Source of the DNA: a virus
Taxonomy: Duplodnaviria; Caudoviricetes
Reading direction: 5' to 3' (one strand)
Virus record (IMG/VR): IMGVR_UViG_3300036942_000148
Coordinates: 14,609 to 78,608 of that record
DNA length: 64,000 nt
The notes below the pieces were generated by a model that searched no databases, was not told the origin of the DNA, and saw nothing but the letters and a program-made list of their open reading frames with translations. The position numbers and the translations under genes are program-made. Shown piece by piece: positions 57,731 to 64,000 of this stretch. Every line of letters begins with the position of its first letter. Positions within the stretch are counted from its first letter, which is position 1.

Positions 57731-58666
57731 ATGAAAAGTTTAATGGAATTAGATCTATTTAAAATTTCCAACAGTTCAAATAAAGAACTCGAAAAGAAAT
57801 TAACCAATATCAATATGAATAGAGATAAATTAGATCTTTCTGAAATAGAAGGTAATTTATCTACTATTAAAAGAAGATTTAAGTATGCATATAAAAGTAA
57901 AGCTTTGCAAGATGTTATAGATGAGAAGGTAATTTTCTTATATAATAAAGAAACAGTGGATATTCCTGTTTTTTTACCTTTTTTCTTGATGAATGAGGAT
58001 GGCGAGGTAGTTACTACAGTGAACCTAACTCCCTACGGAAGGTATGACAGAGATGATAATTTTGTGGTTGACAATAGATTACTGTTTTCTCTAATGCAGT
58101 CCGCTTCACTGACTAGAGAGATGTACTTTGACTTTAATAAAGTTAAGAATAATACTAAAATCGTTAAAAACACTGTACAAGCTTTTGCTAAATTAGTAGG
58201 AAAGTTACTTGATAGACACTTTGCTATTAATTTGAATCAAACTGTTACTGATTATATTTATTATTTAACAGCTAAGTATTTCTTAGTTAATGTGTTTGAG
58301 AGAGATCTGAGTAAGAGCGTGGATGACTTAGCTTATCAGGCTACTTTCAACGGAACTACCAAGAGTGGAATATCTACTTTTGAAGATGGATTGAGTGAAG
58401 AAGCCTTCACTTCAGTTGAAGGATACATCAATGCTCTGAGTGATATTGAAGGTCTAGATGATGTAACAGTGAGATTTTTCTTGAATGAGTGGATGAATAC
58501 TTATCATGAATCAACAGCGTTTGCTCTAGAATATTTACCTTATTTCTTTAATATGATATTCTCAGCTATGCTTACTGCTCATATTAATAATGAATTCTTG
58601 ATCGATAGTATTTTAGAAAAAGAAACTACTACAATATATAATGAATTGTCTAGAATTTTAGAATAG
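57731..58666 (+). CDS. Putative virion structural protein
   Basis: AGGAGG SD; first gene of a late tail operon. Confidence 0.6.
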   Translation: MKSLMELDLFKISNSSNKELEKKLTNINMNRDKLDLSEIEGNLSTIKRRFKYAYKSKALQDVIDEKVIFLYNKETVDIPVFLPFFLMNEDGEVVTTVNLTPYGRYDRDDNFVVDNRLLFSLMQSASLTREMYFDFNKVKNNTKIVKNTVQAFAKLVGKLLDRHFAINLNQTVTDYIYYLTAKYFLVNVFERDLSKSVDDLAYQATFNGTTKSGISTFEDGLSEEAFTSVEGYINALSDIEGLDDVTVRFFLNEWMNTYHESTAFALEYLPYFFNMIFSAMLTAHINNEFLIDSILEKETTTIYNELSRILE

Positions 58667-58681
58667 GAGGGAGACTAAATA

Positions 58682-59962
58682 ATGGCTATAAATCTTAATG
58701 ATCTATACACTTCCCTCACTCAAAAAGAAGCTAATGTTTTACCCGATATAAAATTTAATTATATAAGGAGAAAGGACTTTCAGCAGAATAAAGATTTATT
58801 GACTGAGTTAGTCCAGAATAATCCTTACAATATTAAATACTTGATGGATGAACTGTTTAATCCTATTTACAGTGAGACTTTTTCTTTCAAGATGCCTAAA
58901 AATAGAGCTGAAACTATAGATGGAAAAGAATATGTTAGAATTGAACTTAACTTTAGAAATAGAGGTCAAAATCAACAATATTTTAAGATTCATGTTTTTA
59001 GTAGAGGATATAAAGTTCCCGATGAAGAATTTAAATTTGTTGGTGATGACCTTTTAGTTTCCTTGGATTATGTTTATTATAGTGGAACTATAAATGTAAT
59101 AATATTCAAAGGATATAATAATATTAAATATGAAAGAATTGATATTACTACTTCACATGCAACTTATACTGATAGTGTTCCTTTGGAAAACTTGGGTAAA
59201 AATTATTATTCTAATACTGATTATTCTATCTATTTAAGATTATCATCTGAAGATTATTTCAAACCAATATCTAATTACACAACTACTATCAATGGAACTA
59301 ACTTAGATATTGAAGTTACTGAAAGTTTGACTAGCGGAGATTCATTAATGATTATGAATAATAATATTAACTACTTTGATAAAGTAACGGGAACTGGGAA
59401 TGGGACTTTTAAAGAAATTCCTCTCCACTTTGAAAATGATAACTTTGAAGAAGTAACCCTTCCGATAGAAAATAGAGAAGAAATAATTCTGTTTGATAAA
59501 GATGGTAAAAAAATACATGAAAGTAAATATGCTATCGATTTTACCGATGAACCTAAATTAATCCTTGTAGATGAATATAAGGAGTTAGAAATGATTATAA
59601 GTGGAACTAATAGTTTTTACACAGGGACGATTTCAGATGACGGGATGTATTTCTTAAATAACGATAATCCTCTGACTAAAGGAAACTTAGATATTTATTT
59701 AGAAGGAATGAGACTTAATAAATATCAATATAAATTATTAAGCGACAACTTGATATATATTAACCCACAGATGTTAGAAACTGGGGAAGTTTACGATATA
59801 GAAGTAATTAATTATTCTAAAGCTACAGAGTTCGAATATGACTTACTTTCTGAATATACTACTAATGGAAGTGCCATGCAAAACGCTTTAGATAACTATA
59901 CGGAAACAGAAATAAGAGATTACGTAGTTAACAATGGATCTCATATTAAATTTGATAAATGA
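58682..59962 (+). CDS. Putative tail/baseplate-attached protein with beta-sandwich repeats
   Basis: Repeated x(I/V)(Y/F)xxGx(K/R)x...Y/F modules. Confidence 0.55.
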   Translation: MAINLNDLYTSLTQKEANVLPDIKFNYIRRKDFQQNKDLLTELVQNNPYNIKYLMDELFNPIYSETFSFKMPKNRAETIDGKEYVRIELNFRNRGQNQQYFKIHVFSRGYKVPDEEFKFVGDDLLVSLDYVYYSGTINVIIFKGYNNIKYERIDITTSHATYTDSVPLENLGKNYYSNTDYSIYLRLSSEDYFKPISNYTTTINGTNLDIEVTESLTSGDSLMIMNNNINYFDKVTGTGNGTFKEIPLHFENDNFEEVTLPIENREEIILFDKDGKKIHESKYAIDFTDEPKLILVDEYKELEMIISGTNSFYTGTISDDGMYFLNNDNPLTKGNLDIYLEGMRLNKYQYKLLSDNLIYINPQMLETGEVYDIEVINYSKATEFEYDLLSEYTTNGSAMQNALDNYTETEIRDYVVNNGSHIKFDK

Positions 59963-59980
59963 TGGGAGGTGTAGTTTTAA

Positions 59981-61555
59981 TTGACTATTCCTAAATTAGA
60001 TTATGATAGAAGTAACAACGATGCTGGGTTTTTCAACTCTAGGTTCGATGGAGATCCTACCAATGCTATTCATGAAGCAGTTAAAGGAGCTTTGACTAGT
60101 TCCTATAACTATGATTATCAACCTACTCCTTATGTAGTTTGGGAGAGCGTTAAAGGTTTCGATGAATATGATAGGGAATACGTGAGTAATAGGAACTATT
60201 ACGACGATAGAGGGAATAGCATGATCTTCCTTGAAAATACCAGAGTGTACACATTCAGTAGAAACAGAGATAAAAATGAAACAGATCTAGAATTATTTAT
60301 AAATGGAATTAAGAAAGATATAGATGATTATTGCATTAGATTCTCTGAAGAAAATGGTATAATAAGGTTATACATTTATGAAAGTAAAATGGATACCGAT
60401 ACTGAGATCAACTTAGTTTCATACAAATCAAGAGACATCTCAGAGAATGATTATTATATAGAAAAACCAAATAGTAGAGTATCTGCTGAAAATGAAATAG
60501 ACTTTAATATGGATATCTTTCATGGTTACACTAGGAATTTAGATGACTTGATTCTGTATGAGTACAACGATCAAGAAGGATTCTATTACCTTCTTTCTAA
60601 AGAATTTGACTATATAATGACAATTGAAAAAGGATACATCCATGTTGAATTTCAAAGGGAAATTAGAGGAGATTTAGTTTTAGTTAACACTAGGAAAAGG
60701 ATGAGTGTTAAGAAAACTATAGATAGTAATTATTCGTTTCAACTATCAAACAATAATGGTTCTTTTATTACTAATAATATTCCTCTTCCTTTTAACGGAA
60801 TAAATACAGTGGACATATACTTCAATGGGCAGAAGCTAGTGAGTGATGAAGATTACAAGGTCAAGATGAATGAAGGTAAAATATGGACTCCTCCCATCAT
60901 TGAATTCACTATGAATTTACCACTGGGAGAAGAGTTAGATATCGTATGTAACGGATTACCTAATGATAGTAATTGGAGTACTTTTCAAGAAGTCATCACC
61001 GACCCTGATAATGGATTCTTAGTGTTCGATGAAGGTTTCTCTGGTAAAGAAGTGTGCGAAGTGTACACTGATAATAGAAGAATTCCCAAGAGTCGCTATG
61101 ATGAGAGAGTTGAAGGGATATTCAAGTTGAATGAAGCTTATGCTAATAAAAATGTGGAAGTAATCACTAGAACGACTTCTTACAAACCAGAGTTTAAGAT
61201 TACTTCTGACGAGATCAGTAGATTCACTCAATTCGTTGGTGGAGAACAAATTATTCCATTAATAGTTGGCAATTGGGAAGGAGAAATAACTCCTGGTAAT
61301 TTAGCTAGTATGATTACCGAGAGAATCCAATATGATGCTATTGACTCTGGAAATTTAGATCAATATCCTGATTTAACTTCATTCTTGAATAAATTTGTTA
61401 ATTATCTATCTTTTTATTCGTTTGGTATAATTGATCAAAACGTGGATGAAAATTACTTCATAGATGAAGATTTTGTAATAGATTGTGATAATGGACACGT
61501 AGGATTAGATCAAGACTATGTATTAGATTGTAACACCGAAGTGACATTTCCTTAA
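59981..61555 (+). CDS. Putative tail/baseplate-attached protein with beta-sandwich repeats
   Basis: LELFINGIK, VDIYFNGQKLVSDEDY and CEVYTDNRRIP modules. Confidence 0.55.
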   Translation: MTIPKLDYDRSNNDAGFFNSRFDGDPTNAIHEAVKGALTSSYNYDYQPTPYVVWESVKGFDEYDREYVSNRNYYDDRGNSMIFLENTRVYTFSRNRDKNETDLELFINGIKKDIDDYCIRFSEENGIIRLYIYESKMDTDTEINLVSYKSRDISENDYYIEKPNSRVSAENEIDFNMDIFHGYTRNLDDLILYEYNDQEGFYYLLSKEFDYIMTIEKGYIHVEFQREIRGDLVLVNTRKRMSVKKTIDSNYSFQLSNNNGSFITNNIPLPFNGINTVDIYFNGQKLVSDEDYKVKMNEGKIWTPPIIEFTMNLPLGEELDIVCNGLPNDSNWSTFQEVITDPDNGFLVFDEGFSGKEVCEVYTDNRRIPKSRYDERVEGIFKLNEAYANKNVEVITRTTSYKPEFKITSDEISRFTQFVGGEQIIPLIVGNWEGEITPGNLASMITERIQYDAIDSGNLDQYPDLTSFLNKFVNYLSFYSFGIIDQNVDENYFIDEDFVIDCDNGHVGLDQDYVLDCNTEVTFP

Positions 61556-61572
61556 AGAAAGGATTGATATAG

Positions 61573-61764
61573 ATGAGTAGTAGACTTATAGTAATACCTT
61601 TAGATGAAGCTAATATAGATAAAGCGTATGACAACGAAATAATTACCAATAAAAATAATGGACACGTGATGCTTAAGAACGGTGCTGGTGAAACAGTCAG
61701 TGCTACTTATAAGAACGAAGCAGACAACCGAGATACTCGACTTAGAAATTATATGGGGGTGTAG
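61573..61764 (+). CDS. Small tail-operon protein
   Basis: AAAGGA SD; 63 aa. Confidence 0.65.
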   Translation: MSSRLIVIPLDEANIDKAYDNEIITNKNNGHVMLKNGAGETVSATYKNEADNRDTRLRNYMGV

Positions 61765-61772
61765 TTATATAA

Positions 61773-62078
61773 ATGGATACTTTAAAACAAATTGCAAAAG
61801 GTACTTTAGCGGATACACAGGGAACTCTCTATACAACCCCTGCAGGAACTACAGCAATAGTGAGATCTATAATTATTGCTAATCCAACTTCAACTGATGA
61901 GCAGGCAACTGTCATGTTCGATGGAGTTAACATAGTTCCAGGACACACTGTTCCTGCTAATGATACTTTAACTTTAGATTTAACATCCGTACTTGAAGAA
62001 AATATGCTAATAGAAGGATCAGCTAGTACAGCTTCTTCTTTAGATTATTATATATCTGGAATTGAGGTGACTACCTAA
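61773..62078 (+). CDS. Small tail fibre-associated beta protein
   Basis: LYTTPAGTTAIVRSIIIAN...YYISGIE; coupled to the next gene. Confidence 0.7.
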   Translation: MDTLKQIAKGTLADTQGTLYTTPAGTTAIVRSIIIANPTSTDEQATVMFDGVNIVPGHTVPANDTLTLDLTSVLEENMLIEGSASTASSLDYYISGIEVTT

Positions 62079-63907
62079 TGAGTAAATCATTACTTAGTGA
62101 CCACTTAGTAGGTGAGTCAGCTAGGATTAGAGAAACTTTGAAGGATGACGGAGTAAAATACAGCGTGGACAATGGTGTTGAAAACTCTTATCACGTAGAT
62201 ATTAAAGGCGTGGAAGAATACTTCAATGGAATGAAAGTTGCGTTCAAAGCTAGTAACAATAATAGTGACACTAGTACGTTTGAGATAAATAATCTTGGAC
62301 CTGTTCCTATAACTAAGAGTGGAACTGATGAGTTAGACCCAGAAGACGTTAAAGCTGATCAGATATCTATCCTTATGTACGATGGAACTAATTTTCAAAT
62401 CATTAGTGGTACAGGAGGGACAATCACAGCTACGAGAACCAATAGAGTTGTATTAGGTTTTGAAAGTAACACTTTTGATTTAGGCATTGCTAATTTTAAC
62501 ATTTCTAAAGATTACATTCAACTTTACCAAAATAGTACTTTCATTCAAATTAATGAAGATTATACTATTAGTGGTTCTACAGTTACCAAAAGTAGCGGAA
62601 CATGGGCAGCTGGAACTATTTTTGACGTAATAGTGATGAAAACGGTACAAGAAAAAGCCGATTTATTATATACAAATATGCAAGATGACACTTACACAGC
62701 TTCTACTGACGGAGAAACTGAGATTCCTTTTAATATTTCTTTTTCTTCTACTACTGATAAATTAATGGTCTACTATCAGGGCACTAGAATGGTAGAAGGA
62801 GATAATTATACTCTTAATGGAACTGAAGATGGAATAATCCTTCAGGATTTTGTTATTGATAGCGGAGAGAGTGTTTATTTTGAAGTATTAAAGAAAGTTA
62901 CTAATACCGACAATTTAACTTCTGGTAGTCAACTTAATGATCATAGTATTAATGAAGTAAAATTATCAAATGAACTTATAGATAAGATTAATATAATCAC
63001 TGCTAATGAAGTGAATTTTACTGACACTAATGTTAATTTTACAGCTAGTGATCTTCAAAGTGCTCTTGAAGCTTTAAATAATTCTTCTAATATTTCTTTT
63101 GATGATACTAATTTTTTTGGAAGTTCTTCTACTGTGAAAGAAGCTTTAGAATTAATTGGAAATAGAACAGTTCCAGTACAAATTATTTCTTCCTCGGATT
63201 TTATTAGTGGAAGTGAATTATCTAGTGCTTTAGGAATTACTGCAGGCACACTCCAGTTTTCTAATACTCCTTGGATAAGATTTCCTTCTCATTTAACTCC
63301 TAATGGTAAAACTCTTTATACTACTCTTAAGACTATTAGATATGGAATTTCTTGGGATGCTTTATATCAAGCTGGTGCAGTTTATGGCACTGGATCAACT
63401 ATTAGTGATGAAGAGCAGTATGTTTTAGATAACGATACTAGCTATAATGGAACTAACGGGACAGTCACACGTGTTGTTCAAGACGCTCAAGTTACTGTTA
63501 ATAATGCTAATTATAAAGTAAGACTTTTCAAAGGAGCTAATGATATTTATAGTGATGATAATGATACTGATAGGAGTAGCATTGGTCCTAATAATGAATG
63601 GAATTTATTAATGTTACCTTTACATGAACATGCTGAAGATGGCAATTGGAATTACCCTGAGCATGTTCCTGATAATTTGGAAGATTGGAATTTGCACTTT
63701 AATGATAGTGAAATGTTAACACATAATAATTTTGGAGCTGGAAATAGATCGTGGTGTCAAGAGTTTGGAAATTATGATGAAGGAAGTGGAGAATTCAGAC
63801 GAAGAGTGGATCGTGGCTATTATGGAGCGTCGTACTTGTGTCATACTAACTCGTACTATTCGGACGAGAGGGTTGGGTGGAGGCCAGTCTTGGAGATCGC
63901 CGATTAG
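62078..63907 (+). CDS. Tail fibre/receptor-binding protein with a C-terminal C-type-lectin-like domain; probable DGR target
   Basis: N-terminal fibre modules; C-terminus SWCQE...RVDRGYYG...GWRPVLE typical of CLec-fold variable proteins. Confidence 0.75.
   Translation: MSKSLLSDHLVGESARIRETLKDDGVKYSVDNGVENSYHVDIKGVEEYFNGMKVAFKASNNNSDTSTFEINNLGPVPITKSGTDELDPEDVKADQISILMYDGTNFQIISGTGGTITATRTNRVVLGFESNTFDLGIANFNISKDYIQLYQNSTFIQINEDYTISGSTVTKSSGTWAAGTIFDVIVMKTVQEKADLLYTNMQDDTYTASTDGETEIPFNISFSSTTDKLMVYYQGTRMVEGDNYTLNGTEDGIILQDFVIDSGESVYFEVLKKVTNTDNLTSGSQLNDHSINEVKLSNELIDKINIITANEVNFTDTNVNFTASDLQSALEALNNSSNISFDDTNFFGSSSTVKEALELIGNRTVPVQIISSSDFISGSELSSALGITAGTLQFSNTPWIRFPSHLTPNGKTLYTTLKTIRYGISWDALYQAGAVYGTGSTISDEEQYVLDNDTSYNGTNGTVTRVVQDAQVTVNNANYKVRLFKGANDIYSDDNDTDRSSIGPNNEWNLLMLPLHEHAEDGNWNYPEHVPDNLEDWNLHFNDSEMLTHNNFGAGNRSWCQEFGNYDEGSGEFRRRVDRGYYGASYLCHTNSYYSDERVGWRPVLEIAD
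63740..63907 (+). other. Candidate DGR variable region (VR)
   Basis: Abrupt GC and codon shift (TCG TAC TTG TGT CAT ACT AAC TCG TAC TAT TCG GAC GAG AGG) over the last codons of the CLec domain; 5' boundary approximate. Confidence 0.6.
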
Positions 63908-64000
63908 GCGATCGGCTCTTACCTCGCTCGTATGGTCTTAGAGCTGGAGGCTCGAACGAAGGTGAGAGCGTAAGCTCAGAGTCGGAAGTCCGAGCGAAGG
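63895..64000 (+). other. GC-rich hairpin cluster at and after the VR 3' end
   Basis: GATCGCC-GATTA-GGCGATC (63895-63913); CTCTTACCT/AGGTGAGAG (63916-24 with 63960-68); CCTCGCTCG/CGAGCGAAGG (63922-30 with 63991-64000). Confidence 0.6.

Noticed and set aside
1-63739. DGR template repeat or reverse transcriptase inside the window
   Set aside because: No second copy of the VR-like sequence and no RT motif (YxDD) protein noticed; if present they lie outside the window
63732-63941. 69-aa alternate-frame ORF over the VR
   Set aside because: Likely a by-product of local GC richness; no SD and no recognisable features
1-64000. Genome-wide stop-codon reassignment
   Set aside because: Long genes read uninterrupted in code 11, and TAG and TGA end genes next to terminators or downstream starts; the apparent breaks are explained by introns or local frameshifts

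Overview
Very AT-rich 64 kb segment of a tailed jumbo phage of the phiKZ/AR9(PBS1)-like type; ribosome-binding sites look Firmicutes-like and many proteins are strongly acidic. No tRNA, rRNA or CRISPR array was seen. It encodes a multisubunit RNA polymerase beta-like subunit that I reconstruct as four exons split by three group I introns, one carrying a homing endonuclease. Other genes: a candidate sigma-like promoter-specificity subunit, a GroEL-like chaperonin, a primase, RusA, HU-like and MazG-like proteins, a dCTP deaminase, a metallophosphoesterase, baseplate, tape-measure and tail genes, a paralogous inner-head-like family and a six-gene tandem paralog array. Two promoter classes are readable: AACA-N6-TA (AR9 late type) and TATATATTAT (putative early). 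Main leads: (1) the last tail gene ends in a GC-rich C-type-lectin-like region with hairpins, resembling a diversity-generating retroelement (DGR) target whose RT and template repeat are not in this window; (2) indirect signs of uracil-substituted DNA; (3) an unexplained structured RNA after the RNAP gene; (4) two candidate frameshifts. All family assignments come from motifs read by eye; no searches were run.
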